64,000 nt of DNA. It comes from Diadema antillarum. Its lineage: Eukaryota. Made by a program: the position numbers and the translations under genes. How positions within the stretch are numbered: position 1 is the first letter of the stretch; the number at the start of each line of letters is the position of its first letter. The stretch is from contig NW_027270889.1 of the NCBI RefSeq assembly GCF_040938485.1, positions 558,001-622,000 on the forward strand. The letters are read 5' to 3'. The notes under the pieces were generated by a model, which worked only from the letters and a program-made list of their open reading frames with translations, did no database searches and had not been told where the DNA came from. Shown piece by piece: positions 33,818-43,247 of the stretch.

Positions 33818-34120
33818 TATATATCATCATCATAATAAAACATATCATATGTTATGATAAAAGAATATGATTTATTGAAATGTATAATTTATGCATTTAA
33901 TATTGTATAATCTGATACTGTAACATAAGAGCTTTCCTTTGGATTTTCTTCAGACAAATGCCCCCCTGGCCACTTCTCCCCAACTGGATTGGTCCCCTGC
34001 TTCCCATGTAGCCGGTTATCCTACCAATCACGAGAGGGCCAGAGGTCATGTGATCCTTGTCCCGCCCACCATTTGACTAATAGCCACGGAGCTGTTTCTG
34101 TGAAGGAGTGTAGGCCGTAG
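749..34120 (+). CDS. Whole gene model (28 exons in window, 5'-incomplete): secreted SRCR/CCP/LDLa/EGF/HYR/GCC2 mosaic protein with an SVEP1/polydom-like C-terminal core
   Basis: All 28 domain-sized exons have AG/GT boundaries and join in frame. All junctions are phase 1 except one phase-2 junction within the EGF pair. Exon lengths sum to 6200 nt and end at TAG 34118-34120. No signal-peptide exon or TM helix in the window. Confidence 0.85.
1599..1784 (+). CDS. Exon: sushi/CCP domain 1
   Basis: taccAG|aa ... gaa g|GTgagc; SCPTLEVPLHG..C...CLTQCNEGY......CLPSGNWDAEPLRC. Confidence 0.9.
1885..2103 (-). mobile_element. tRNA-derived SINE
   Basis: Minus strand reads GGCGCTGTGGCATAATGG (A box) ... 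GAGTTCGAATCCC (B box), then a non-tRNA body (CGACCCAGGTGTATAAATGAGTACC). Confidence 0.75.
2309..2397 (+). mobile_element. Truncated copy of the same SINE, inverted relative to 1885-2103
   Basis: GTGGCATAA..GGATAAGACTCCCGACTCCCGATCGGAGGACCCGAGTTCGAATCC..GTCCTTGGACAAG, near-identical to the minus-strand copy. Confidence 0.75.
2570..2701 (+). CDS. Exon: LDL-receptor class A domain
   Basis: tctcAG|ct ... gca c|GTgagt; [37 protein letters not shown] (6 Cys, acidic motif). Confidence 0.92.
3616..3930 (+). CDS. Exon: SRCR domain 2
   Basis: caacAG|ca ... cca g|GTtagt; full SRCR consensus; shares RARYGAGTGPIHLDDVRC with SRCR1. Confidence 0.95.
5130..5243 (+). pseudogene. Decayed LDLa pseudoexon in the SRCR2-SRCR3 intron
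   Basis: gaccAG|c then APPTCPIGQFQCRGQTCISKRL(Y)DLPNSTPLVE* followed by out-of-frame QCN. Aligns to the intact LDLa exon ([10 protein letters not shown]) with C4->Y, loss of C5, a stop at 5228 and a frameshift. Internal GTAAGA donor at 5184. Confidence 0.6.
6661..6969 (+). CDS. Exon: SRCR domain 3
   Basis: gtgtAG|ag ... ccg g|GTtagt; [30 protein letters not shown]...HDCHHDEDAAVAC. Confidence 0.93.
7386..7565 (+). repeat. Tandem duplication, ~91-bp unit x2
   Basis: ACTACACT.AAGTGCACATAGTCGTTG.AG.ATGATACCACACAC at 7386 and 7477. Confidence 0.8.
8994..9314 (+). CDS. Exon: SRCR domain 4
   Basis: ccgtAG|aa (alternative in-frame acceptor at 8985) ... cca a|GTtagt; [30 protein letters not shown]...HDCGHFEDVGVVC. 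Confidence 0.93.
10440..10680. repeat. (TCTA/TCCA/TCTG)n compound microsatellite; similar tract at ~24300-24740
   Basis: Direct reading. Confidence 0.9.
10691..10745 (+). CDS. Exon: N-terminal part of EGF repeat 1
   Basis: tgatAG|gt ... tgc ag|GTaaaa (phase 2); GNCTNGCVHGACVGPDMC; joins next exon as C-S-C. Confidence 0.85.
10909..11443. mobile_element. Tc1/mariner-pogo-type MITE
   Basis: TA|CAGTTAAACTT..AGCGGCCACC ... GGTGGCCGCTAAGGCAGGTTTGACTG|TA; imperfect TIRs, TA TSD. Confidence 0.7.
11606..11736 (+). CDS. Exon: end of EGF1 plus EGF2 (Delta/DLK1-type tandem)
   Basis: ccacAG|c (phase 2) ... aca g|GTagaa; CEDGYRGPSCEDCVPFEGCVHGRCENPGDCICRPGWGGVLCDT. Confidence 0.9.
11755..11940. repeat. 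(AAC/AGC)n trinucleotide tract; other SSRs include (TA)n at 5320, 33775, 39010, 39220, 42050, (CA)n at 23965, (ATC/ATA)n at 35455, (CTA)n at 17275 and 60230
   Basis: Direct reading. Confidence 0.9.
12239..13136. mobile_element. Non-autonomous DNA transposon (TA TSD, ATTACCGGAC subterminal motifs)
   Basis: TA|GG..ATTACCGGAC at left (motif repeated near 12460); GTCCGGTAAT..CC|TA at right; absent from the paralogous intron upstream of CCP3. Confidence 0.6.
13287..13469 (+). CDS. Exon: CCP domain 2
   Basis: ggaaAG|ag ... gag c|GTaagt; CPVVAAPPHGNLTC...GSVCTLQCEEGY...CLETGEW....PQC. Confidence 0.9.
13921..14149. other. Assembly gap (229 N); second gap at 17122-17273 (152 N)
   Basis: N runs, adjoining simple-repeat sequence. 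Confidence 1.
14238..14420 (+). CDS. Exon: CCP domain 3 (recent duplicate of CCP2)
   Basis: Same splice context as CCP2 (tttgtctcggaaAG / c|GTaagt) and same 183-nt length; shares GNLTCTEDRVIGSVCTLQCE. Confidence 0.85.
14765..15116. mobile_element. MITE with ~120-bp TIRs, TTAA on the right flank
   Basis: AGGGGATTGCTAGTAACTGATCAGTGGGAATCAGTGG... is the reverse complement of ...CCACTGATTCCCACTGATCAATTACTATAGCCATCCCCT|TTAA. Confidence 0.7.
15646..15831 (+). CDS. Exon: CCP domain 4
   Basis: ctgtAG|gg ... gag a|GTgagc; RCPPLEQPAHGELMC...VCTVVCDEGY...RCLETGQWDSTVEC. Confidence 0.9.
16765..16941 (+). CDS. Exon: CCP domain 5
   Basis: tggtAG|tt ... gaa g|GTgaga; RCDVLPPLPLGSMKC..FGSTCVFACDDGFQLNGPSSRECDAFGSW...PVC. 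Confidence 0.92.
17571..17747 (+). CDS. Exon: CCP domain 6
   Basis: cgttAG|ct ... acc g|GTaaga; RCPPVLPPSFGMMTC...GSVCTSRCGFGHRLIG...ECVAEGRWTNDLPNC. Confidence 0.92.
18696..18878 (+). CDS. Exon: CCP domain 7
   Basis: ctcaAG|tt ... cga g|GTaggc; ITCPPLEEIPTNGQLACTMGGLYGSLCKYTCDRGF...RQCLADGWTGEVPEC. Confidence 0.9.
20005..20256 (+). CDS. Exon: HYR domain 1
   Basis: ccgtAG|at ... aga g|GTaaga; DTMKPVFPSCP....VAFWQNPVATDNSG....G.H.V.YEAKDSSGNTAFCNFTIFV. Confidence 0.93.
20541..20921. mobile_element. TTAA-flanked MITE (Kolobok/piggyBac-like), family copy 1
   Basis: TTAA|AGGGATTGTATAGT ... ACTGTACCATCCCT|TTAA; central palindrome TAATAAAGTGTGGGACCCACACTTTATTA. Confidence 0.8.
21978..22166 (+). 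CDS. Exon: CCP domain 8
   Basis: gaccAG|tc (A-rich, atypical acceptor) ... aca g|GTgagc; IRCAELSSSDSMSISCSHGNLLDSVCTFSC...WSNPLPSC. Confidence 0.85.
22744..22995 (+). CDS. Exon: HYR domain 2
   Basis: ttacAG|gt ... caa g|GTaagc; RPVFRDCP....VTWAPPIATDN....F.EGLHIVVYKARDASENLAWCNFTITV. Confidence 0.93.
23395..23536. mobile_element. Small MITE (32-bp TIR)
   Basis: CTCTTGTCGAAAGCAAAGTTTGTCGCTTCCGA / TCGGAAGCAACAAACTTTGCTTCCTACAAGAG. Confidence 0.55.
23678..23863 (+). CDS. Exon: CCP domain 9
   Basis: ctgcAG|tc ... gtt g|GTaagt; IRCPSLPQPDVGAIEC..LGSVCTKVC...ECLRNEDMGMWSNQLPDC. Confidence 0.9.
24769..25017 (+). CDS. Exon: HYR domain 3
   Basis: tctcAG|at ... ata g|GTactg; DSPPIL...VTVDWEPP....EEGVHWVSYYAEDSAGNVAKHTFNITV. 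Confidence 0.92.
25530..25721 (+). CDS. Exon: CCP domain 10
   Basis: caacAG|tg ... caa a|GTgagt; VRCPELEV...CSHGNLLGSSCSADC..LVGSSVLECLSDG...WSASLPSC. Confidence 0.9.
25845..26178. mobile_element. Same TTAA MITE family, inverted and internally deleted
   Basis: TTAA flanks at 25841 and 26179; homologous body and central hairpin. Confidence 0.7.
26930..27118 (+). CDS. Exon: CCP domain 11 (this frame is absent from the ORF track)
   Basis: catcAG|tt ... cag a|GTgaga; VQTCPALDVPPFATMSECPAGEVESHEFGISCKFTCLEGYFGVGEPRKVCRADGWSSTDFRCQ. Confidence 0.88.
27137..27244 (+). repeat. Tandem duplication, 54-bp unit x2
   Basis: AGCGTTTCCAACACTTCTAGAAACATCG...CTTCGCAGTCTTTAGTCCCAC at 27137 and 27191. Confidence 0.85.
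27668..27868 (+). CDS. Exon: CCP domain 12
   Basis: cgccAG|gg ... cat g|GTgact; LPCMPL....FPDDC....YGTVCGVQC...F......TRCTADGTW.....FSC. Confidence 0.85.
28109..28199. repeat. 91-bp hairpin (MITE-like)
   Basis: AGGATAAGCTCTATGGGACGCCAAATGTCGCAC / GTGCGACGTTTGGCGCCCCATAGAGCTTATCCT. Confidence 0.6.
28962..29222 (+). repeat. Tandem duplication, 130-bp unit x2
   Basis: CATATCATGTCCTGTCATTC...AAGACAACCGAC at 28962 and 29092, one visible substitution. Confidence 0.85.
29424..29672 (+). CDS. Exon: HYR domain 4
   Basis: ccctAG|at ... aaa t|GTgagc; DVAAPVIEYCP....VTFRQPIARDNS....FTFYDEANNSAECRFDV. Confidence 0.92.
30249..30494 (+). CDS. Exon: HYR domain 5
   Basis: ttgaAG|at ... gaa c|GTgagt; DELPADILLCPND...NVSWERP....LGTHVIEYIAVNTHSGEETVCSFNITLE. 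Confidence 0.9.
30843..31043 (+). CDS. Exon: CCP domain 13
   Basis: tcacAG|cg ... tca g|GTatta; HCPTLEPPHNGALSC...GEFCSLSCDDGYD...YSC....W......PDC, like the post-HYR sushi of SVEP1. Confidence 0.92.
31619..32215 (+). CDS. Exon: SEA-like/SVEP1-type linker with basic cleavage motifs
   Basis: ccccAG|ag ... tgt g|GTgagt; 597 nt open; RNRRRS, RLNKRSA and ISFNI resemble the SVEP1 linker between sushi and ephrin-receptor-like repeats (recalled as RIKRSA...LIFNI). Confidence 0.85.
32669..32824 (+). CDS. Exon: GCC2/GCC3 (ephrin-receptor-like) Cys repeat 1
   Basis: attcAG|tg ... act g|GTatga; CPRGFY...CMPCAQGFYQDKPAQTSCEPCPPGQST...GS....C. Confidence 0.93.
33954..34120 (+). CDS. Terminal exon: GCC2/GCC3 repeat 2 and stop (absent from ORF track)
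   Basis: ttcttcAG|ac; DKCPPGHFSPTGLVPCFPCSRLSYQSREGQRSCDPCPAHHLTNSHGAVSVKECRP*; TAG at 34118-34120. Confidence 0.88.
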
Positions 34121-34430
34121 CACCAGCCGCTATGCATGGATGAACACTGGGCTTGTCTCCTATATAGTTATCTATCTACCGATTATGTTCATACTCTGTT
34201 GTGACATATCGACTCGCTCAATTTAGTAAAGGATTATATTTCTGGTTTGCTTCATTTTCTTGCCATATTTCTAGAAAGCTGAAATAGTTATGATTTATTA
34301 ACAGTTAATGATTCCTGTGTGTGATTAGTTGAATGCCTTTTGTAAGAGTGAAAACTATTATGTTTCATTTGAGTATGTGCTGCGAAATTAGTTAGTCTGT
34401 GACAAGACTTTATAATTCCCATTTTCTTTT

Positions 34431-34917
34431 TGTCACGGATAAGTAGTCATAATTGACTTTAGATCAGTAGGCCGAAAATTCTTACTTACATTTATCCTTT
34501 TAAAATGAATGAATGATTTTAGGTCAGCTAAAAATAAGGGACATTTCCTTTCTGGCTGCTACCTTCCATAGCATATCTGTTAAACCTATTCATATATGTG
34601 TTATTGTCAATCTATTTCTGTTTTTTTTCCCTTTTCACTGTATGATATGTTCGTAGTCGTATCCGAATATTGATTGTCACGGATAAGTAGTCATAATTGA
34701 CTTTAGATCAGTAGGCCGAAAATTCTTACTTACATTTATCCTTTTAAAATGAATGAATGATTTTAGGTCAGCTAAAAATAAGGGACATTTCCTTTCTGGC
34801 TGCTACCTTCCATAGCATATCTGTTAAACCTATTCATATATGTGTTATTGTCAATCTATTTCTTTTTTTTTCCCTTTTCACTGTATGATATGTTCGTAGT
34901 CGTATCCGAATATTGAT
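34431..34917 (+). repeat. Tandem duplication, ~244-bp unit x2, in putative 3' UTR
   Basis: TGTCACGGATAAGTAG...CCGAATATTGAT at 34431 and 34675, near-identical. Confidence 0.85.
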
Positions 34918-37900
34918 GTATGCATTGTTTTTTAATATGTTCCATGCTTTGGTGAAATAAAGAAAATCAGTTATGAAATGGAATATCAACAATTTTGACA
35001 ATTTTTTCTTAAATGTAGAAGGGTGTAAATGTAAGTGGCTGCAACCAGAAGGAACGAGTATGTACTGGCAAATGACTGGGCATTCTGTGTACGAATCAAA
35101 CTTGGTCAGTACTAGAGGGAAACTGTGAAAAAACGACAATGCAAACAAATCAAAATACAAAAGTTTTCTTTACAAAAACTCATACCTTTGTCTCAGCTTT
35201 TCTTCTTCTAAAATGATCTCATTTAGACATGCAGTTAATTAAGGTGTGATCGGGTAATCAGCAGGTGCCAGTTGTGCTTACACTCATTAGCCGCGGTCAC
35301 ACTGGCAAAACTTTGAGATCGCCTTCTTAAACTTTGCGATCTTTTCTCTGTGTGATCACAGCTACTGAAAGGAACGAGTAGTTCTGTACTTTCTTATGGG
35401 TACCTCTTGGGGTCCTGTTCGACGTTAATTTGATTTCCATAATGTGATAAAGGATGATAATAAAAACAATGATAATAACGATAATAATAAAAATAATCAT
35501 CATCATCATCATAATCATAATCATAATCATAATCATCATAATCATACTCATAATTATAAAAATAATAATAATAAAGTACATTTATAATGGGCCGTATCTA
35601 TCATTACTGATACTCTCGGCGCATGAGAGCCTGTAAGATTCAACACATTAATAATGGCTTAATGATGGCTTAAGATGTTTAGAAATCTGAAATGCTGTTT
35701 GGTTTCTGTGCATTTTCTGTTAAAAAAATCCACAGTGGCAACATTTTGGATAACATGATGTGGAGTTATCTGGATCAGTTTTAATATTAATTAAAGAAAA
35801 GAATAACTTATTGCACACCTGGCTATTGATCTTCAGACTTACAGAATTGATACGAATGCGGCTCTGAGTACCTGTTCTTTCATTCTGAAGTCTATTACGA
35901 GATATATTGACTATAATTGAAGGACCTGTAATTTGGGCTTCTTAGCAGGCCATTATCTAGAAGATCAAAGTGGTTGTGGACATGTACTTAAACTATGAAT
36001 TAATTGCTAGAGGAAATGCAACATATTCAGAAATGAGGACAATTAGGAATGCAGAGATCCTCATAGTCTTTAGCATGAAAGAGTCAATGTTTGTTGCAAC
36101 TCGGTTAGAGTCTGCCTTAATCACGCGTAAATGTCTCCAAGGAACATGCTGCAGTCTTGCCTGTCTTCGTCTTAAATTCTGCTTCCTCTTGTAGAAAGTC
36201 TGTTGAGTGTCGTTTAAATGTAATTTTTAATCTATTTTTTTAAATATAAGATGTAAAGGAAATCAAGTGTCATGAATTATCGTTGTGTCAAACAATTGAA
36301 GACTCTACCTCCACATTATGCGAGCCGAGATGGGGGCCGGTAGAGAGTGGTAGTAGAAGAAACTGTATATTCATATACCCCATTTAGATATAAGATGAAG
36401 GCTGCGTCTCTATATGGTATGCACCAAATAGATTTACACGAAAAAAAAAAAATCAACCGAACCGTAAACAACAACGACAAATTGCTAATTTTATAATGTA
36501 TGTGATCAGCTGTGCTTTGGTGACTTTCCTATGCAATAGAAACCTCATTGTTTTTGAAAATATATGTACTGTCTCTTGATGTATTTTCAGCTACGTAGTC
36601 ATTTAAGTCAGCAAATTTTGAATTCAGAATGATTGTGTTTAATTGCGATCGTGCATATGTCGTGGGATGAATATGGGCTACTGCAAGCAACATTTTTTGC
36701 AGCTTTTTCCTTGTGCACTTAAGCACCATATTAAAGAAAGAGGAACGAATCGAAGAATGTGTGATTTTTAACTTACAAATCAAGTTGCCTTAGAATAAAA
36801 AAATAGATTAAAAACTTTATTGCAACGATTGAAATGAAAAATAATGGTGCATTATCTTGGTTCCCGTACATTTAGCCATAAACTAAACTGGCTAAAATAT
36901 ATAGCTTAAGTTTTGTTCTTGCAGGAAATGCCGAACCTCGGTATTTCTGCTCGAGAACGGAGGATACATTCATATATTGCAATACCTAACATTCAAGAGT
37001 CAACATACAGGTATTAGAACCGGATTATCATGTAAAACATATGAACACGAGATCTTTCTTATTACAATAAAATACTTGGGACAGAAGCTCATTTATTGAT
37101 GAAAGCAAATATATCTAGAGTTACAGAAACTTTATGTCTATGAAAACTTGAGGAGAAAGATATATACTCTATAGGAACAAATATGAAGTGATAACGGTGT
37201 TATTGAAATGAGGATGAAATGTTCTTACAAAATCAGCATTGTGTACGCACGTAGCAGCTGTTTTTATTGACCCCTTTTCATATCTAAAATTGGAAAGAGC
37301 TCTGCATTGATTACTATCATTTATTTCACTCCTGAATATGGTATTCAGACTGATTGATCAATATTCAATTCAGTTCAAAGTTTATTTCATTTTCGACAAA
37401 AACATATATATTTCACTTTCTTTGATAACAGAGAGTAAGATACACAAGGCATTGTGGAATAAAAAAGACTCTACATTAATTGTGCAACCTTATCACTGCT
37501 TACAGTAATCATACATTGTCATGAAAACTGAAGTGGTAGAAATGAAAACATAACAATAGGCAAAGTGCGAAAAGTAGAGGGACCCACTAAGAAGACATAG
37601 TTTTTAGAATGCGGGCCCCTCTGGTAAAGAGCATCAATAGAAAGGTAACTTGAATTTATGCATATTGTTTTGTATTACTTTATATTGAAATGATGTATTA
37701 TTTGAACTTGAATTTGAATTTGAATTTGAAGCACAGTAAATAAGATAGAAGAAGAGAATTATGATATCATTGATATATCTTTCTGATATCATATCATAAT
37801 ATCAGAAGTAAGAAGAATATGATATCCTTATGATACAAAATAATCACTTGGCTGATAGTGACAATACTCTCAGAATGATGGCAATAATGACATTCAATAT

Positions 37901-37930
37901 AGCATGTATGAAAATACACTGTGAAGTTAG

Positions 37931-38312
37931 AGGGATTCCAGTATTGGTAGAGATGAGAATTGGGCTTTTAACTTTTTGCGAGATACCAAGAAAACACTTA
38001 TGATATAGTACAGAGCATACCATTTTAGGAGGAATTCAAAGTTTATTTGATGAAAATCGGGTTTAGAATGACTGAAACATCCAAAAACAAAGTAAAACAA
38101 AGCGATCGTAATAAAGTGTGGGTCCCGCACTTTATTAGAGTTGCTCTGTTTTTGATATCTCAGCCATTTTAAAACCAATTTTCGTCAAATAAATGTTGAA
38201 TTCCTCATAGAATTGTATGCTCTTTCATATTTCATTAGAGGTTTCTCATTATCTCACAAAAAAAAATGTTAGAAACCTGAAATTAGGTTTCAACCAAAAC
38301 TATACGATCCCT
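37931..38312. mobile_element. Same TTAA MITE family, inverted
   Basis: Near reverse complement of 20541-20921; both copies give the same spurious ORF MVLKWLRY... Confidence 0.8.
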
Positions 38313-39008
38313 TTAAGTTTGGCACTCGATGAAGAAGGCAACCGATGCACTGAACGTGGGGTAAAAATGTGAGCAGACGAAGGCAAGAACAAAATCACAC
38401 TGTCCGTCGAGACTAGAAATGATTACAATTAAGGGATTTAGAATAACGAGCAAAGCAATTAATTGTGTGAATAATGACTATGCAACAGGGATTCTATGTG
38501 GAAATCAAGGAGAAAATTATCCATTGTTGCAAAATGGAATTGAAACGAAGAGAATGTTGGTCAACCGCAAACTGTCACCACGACCTATTTCAAAGTTAAT
38601 GAATGACGTGAACACCTCTATTAACATTCATCGTTAATGACAAAAACATATCAAAATTGAGCGTTAACTCGGTACGCGCTATGACTTGCTAAAAAATAAA
38701 ATACATGTCCATCATATACATGAACATGGATTTATTTCCTATATGCAATTAATATACACACGTAATAAATCTCTTGATAAATCTCTCTCTCTCCTTTTTT
38801 TTTTTAAACAAACAAAATAGAAATGTATATGAGACTTGAAGAGAGGCAACTTTCCACAAAGTATACAAGGAAGCAAATCATTTGTTTTTCGCCAGATGCA
38901 AGGGCATACACCAGTCGGCTAAACAGGTGAATGCGTTGATTGCAATATTAGGAGAAAATCTTTGCCGAGAAGATATAGGTATAATAGATAAATAAATAAA
39001 TAAATAAC

Positions 39009-39065
<57 letters not shown>

Positions 39066-39204
39066 GATAGCACTTACATGACATGCAACATAGTAATGAT
39101 AGCGAGAAGAAATTATGATGATAATAATGATGATACAACAAGAAGTAGAGGAATCACTCGAATCATTATACCAGAGCAGAAACTAACTTTTGTGACTCCA
39201 ACAA

Positions 39205-39274
<70 letters not shown>

Positions 39275-39713
39275 TGGCGCACACACTCGGTCGTCAACAA
39301 ACCTCCTGTATTAAGCTATACTGATGGTAATGCGCTTGAATACCTCTCACCATTTAATTGAGAGACCAACCTACAGTGAAAGTGATGTCGAGCATGAAAC
39401 CTGAAAGTTAAGTCCTTTCAAATGCTGGAACACGGAAGAGAAGCCCCTTAAGTGTTTCCTGATTAACTGGTCTTCATGCATATTCTTCAGAATGTTCTAA
39501 AGGACGAGATATGAGCGGACTGGGTGCACCGGTGGCATTCATACTCGTGGAGTTATCCCCTTGTGGTGGTATACAGGAAGTGCGCATCTTTCCCTATCTC
39601 CATTCATGCGAAAGACTGGGACGTTAAAAATTATCGGGACTAATTCTGTGTGACCGGTTGTAACACAATCAGGGATGTAGATAGGCATGACATTTATCTT
39701 TTTCTTATTTTAA

Positions 39714-40303
39714 AAGGATGGTATAGTGTAAATGGAGATGAGGATTGAGCTTTTAACTTTTTGCGAAATATCAAAAAACACTCATGGAATGTTACAGGGC
39801 ATACCATTCCAAGAGAAATTCAAAGGCTATTTGATGAAAATCGATTTCGAAATGGCTGAGATATCCAAAGACAAAGTAAAACAAAGTCCCACCTTTTGTG
39901 AGGAGCGTTTTGTTTTGGATACCTCAGCCACAAGCATCTGCTTCTATGTAGGTTCCTTCCACACACAATTTTATTTACCCGTCATGAATGTACCCTTGAG
40001 GATGATTTCAAATCATTTTTATATGCTATGTATAAATGCTATTTGTATACTGACCTTTAACTTATAATCTATGTGTTACTTTACATTGTCATTGATGGAT
40101 GCTGTAAACATAACTCTATATGATTTGTGTGGAAACCTAATAAATGAAATGAAATGAAAAAAAAAACAACATATTTTCACCAAATAAACATTGAATTCCT
40201 CATGAAATTACGTGCTCTTTCATATCCATACGTGCTTTCTCTGTATCTCGTCAAAAACGTTAGAAACCTGAAGCCAGGTCTCAACCAAAGCTATATCATC
40301 CCT
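39714..40303. mobile_element. Same MITE family, longer variant
   Basis: TTAA|AAGGATGGTATAGT ... CTATATCATCCCT|TTAA; homologous ends with a different internal segment. Confidence 0.65.
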
Positions 40304-42046
40304 TTAAAGCAAGACAGTCAGAGAAAGAAAGAAAAAAAGCTCTGAGATGCACCGACAATGACAACGGTCGTGATAGTGGATATTCCAATGGAAAAGTACC
40401 TATACAGGAAATAAATTCATAACAGCCTAAAATTAGTTTATAGAGTGAAATAGACACAACTAAACTTACAAATGAACGTGATGAAGGAATAATGAGGCTA
40501 TACTAGTGAATGATTGCAATGACGTGTGAAGAAAATCTGAATACTAAAAATTAAAGGGAATGTAGACAAAATGTTAAAATTAGACAATCAGCATCGGCAG
40601 CACAAAATATATGTATGGGCTCTCCCCAAAAGTACAGAAACATTGAAAACAGACAAGTAAAGTTCTATCAAAGAGAACAACAAAATGTTATTACCATTGC
40701 CTTGACATATCATTCTACCTCAGTCCAGTTCATTGTTTTGACTGAAAAGAACTTGTACTTATTCAACAAACAGCGATGATGAGAAGGCATTTTATTGTGT
40801 GACATGCAACTTTTGACATCTTTGCACTCGAATGATAAGGGAAAAAATCATGACCATCACTGTCACTTGTCAAATAAGAATCATTGATATATAAAAAGCT
40901 CAACTAATATTATTATTGTTATTATTATTATTATCATATTCATTATTATCATTATCATTATTATTGCCATTATTGTTATCGTCATTCATTGCTTTTGTTT
41001 CTATGTTTGCCTTCTGTTTGTTTGTAATCATTTACCGGCATGTATGTATGCATGTTAATATGCATTACGTATATGCTGGTATATTATGTTTCAATTTTCT
41101 CATTCAGTACCTCATCTTGTATCCCTCAACAACCCGGTCGGATGGATTGATGCCTCATGTTAAATTACTTTTTTGTTATTAATGTTAAAATTTCCCCATA
41201 TATCCTGCATCCGTGAACGAAGTACCATCAACAAACTATATGTGTCATGCGCACTCCAGATGGACAAGAAATGGATAAATGCCAACCGTGACTATTTTGT
41301 GTGTTTTCGCGTACAAACGGAGCTGTTACATTGGCAAGCCTAAGCACGATACCACATATTCGCGGTGCTCTCTCTGCTGGGTCACTAAAGTTATTGCACA
41401 TCTTGACTCCATTGTGCAATGTCAAACAAGATCGAGGAAATGTAAAGATTAAATTTGGTTCTCATGATTGACTAGCAAATTTTGTTTTAATGAATTGTAC
41501 AGTTTTATCATTTGTGCGAAAGCTTTAAATATCAAGTCATGAAGGACATGTTATCTTTTTTTCATGTTGTATAGTCAAATTGTATAATTTCAATTCAATT
41601 CAATCATAGTTTATTTCCAATCAACGAAAATAAAAAAACATAGTACAAAGAATACATGTCATTAAATAATATTGTTCAAACGTTTGCAAAAGATTCATGT
41701 AATATACGAGACAAATTATAGAACAACATAATGTACAATAATTAGGAGGAACACTGTATAAATACTTCGTGGGCTAGCGGAAAATAAATTCGATTATGGA
41801 AAACAGCGATCCACTAAAAAGCAAAGCTTGTCGGACGAGGATCGCTAGATGAATAATAAGTAGTCAATATATATAGTCAATGACACAGAAGTCGTATGCA
41901 CAATATGAAACAATTTCCCCAACCAAATTACAAAGTGAAGACAGATAGTGTGGATTCACTCATTAATGCAGCGTCATTACATCATGCTAACATTATGCAA
42001 AGAAAAATGTGAATAAAAGCACATGTATACAAATATAAATAAAACG

Positions 42047-42083
<37 letters not shown>

Positions 42084-43247
42084 CAACTGTATAAATATGT
42101 AAATACATAATTATCATACCGTGTATCCTTACATAATATATTTACATTGAATACATGCATGCATAAATACATAATCATACATAACGTTTAATTTAAATGA
42201 CTCAACTTGATCAACTTAAGCAGAATCACACACACACACACACACACTCAATGTAAAACATTCTACAACCTGCTCAAGATGCTGTGATCTCCCAATAAAC
42301 CACACCACGAACAGAAATGGGAAGGAACTCCACCTGAATAACGACAATCAAGACAAAATACTCATTGACCTGCTGTAAACTAAAGCAACAAGTAGACTCG
42401 TCTCATCACTGAACTTGACACTGTCAAATGATAATGATTTTGGGTGTTTAATACCTGTCAATGGTGCCATCCTCACCTCATATTAAGATGACATTACAAA
42501 ATAATTGAGGCAAAATTGGTGACGACACGTGTCTCTTACTGGCATAATGTGCGGATGCACTTTGGTTTTCATTATTGTTTTTTTTTTTCCTCCAGTTAAG
42601 TCGATGTTTTGCTTTGTATGGTTCATAGACCAGACTAACAGGACACTGGTGAAGTCCACACAACTCTAAAATGCTAAAAGAGCGGTGGTGACACTAAGAA
42701 CTACCCCCCCCCCCGCGTTTATCTTTATCCGTTCAAAAGAGGAAAAACGAACAACGTATGGAAGCCTGCACTTCCGTCTCCGAGTTGCGCCTATCGCTAG
42801 TCAGGGATGAATCACTGCTATGACCTGTCACAATGGGATAAAACGCTTTTGGTCTGGTAGAGGCGCATTACACTCCGCGATATGCCCCAACGACGCCACA
42901 CCACAGATTAGGAGGCTCAGTAATAAGCCTGCTGTGATACCAAGGACTGGTAGTTAGTTGAGAGCTGCTTAGCGTGAATGGTAAAACACTGGCACAGGAG
43001 TGTGGCAGTTTTCTTCGAGCAATAACAAAAGATTAAAGATCTAGCAGACATGAGAACTTCTAGCCGGCAGACTGAAGGAGAACTGTGGTTTGATTTTGAC
43101 GTGAGCTAGCAGTACGCTGGGATTGACATTGTTGGTGTTTATATGAAATTAATCTTGTTTGGATCTTGGATTGGTTTTTCCCGTCAGCAAACGAAAGCGT
43201 ATACTTTCATAGCACTTCGTTCCACTTGGATTACGTACGCCGTCACA

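Noticed and set aside
749-34120. Calling the gene SVEP1 or DMBT1
   Set aside because: It lacks the SVEP1 pentraxin and C-terminal sushi array (any vWA would lie outside the window) and the DMBT1 CUB/ZP domains; only modules are shared, so no symbol was assigned.
35640-36250. Possible decayed L2/Crack LINE RT tail (also ~42430-42520)
   Set aside because: Only scattered motif hints across many stops and frameshifts; needs a repeat-library search.
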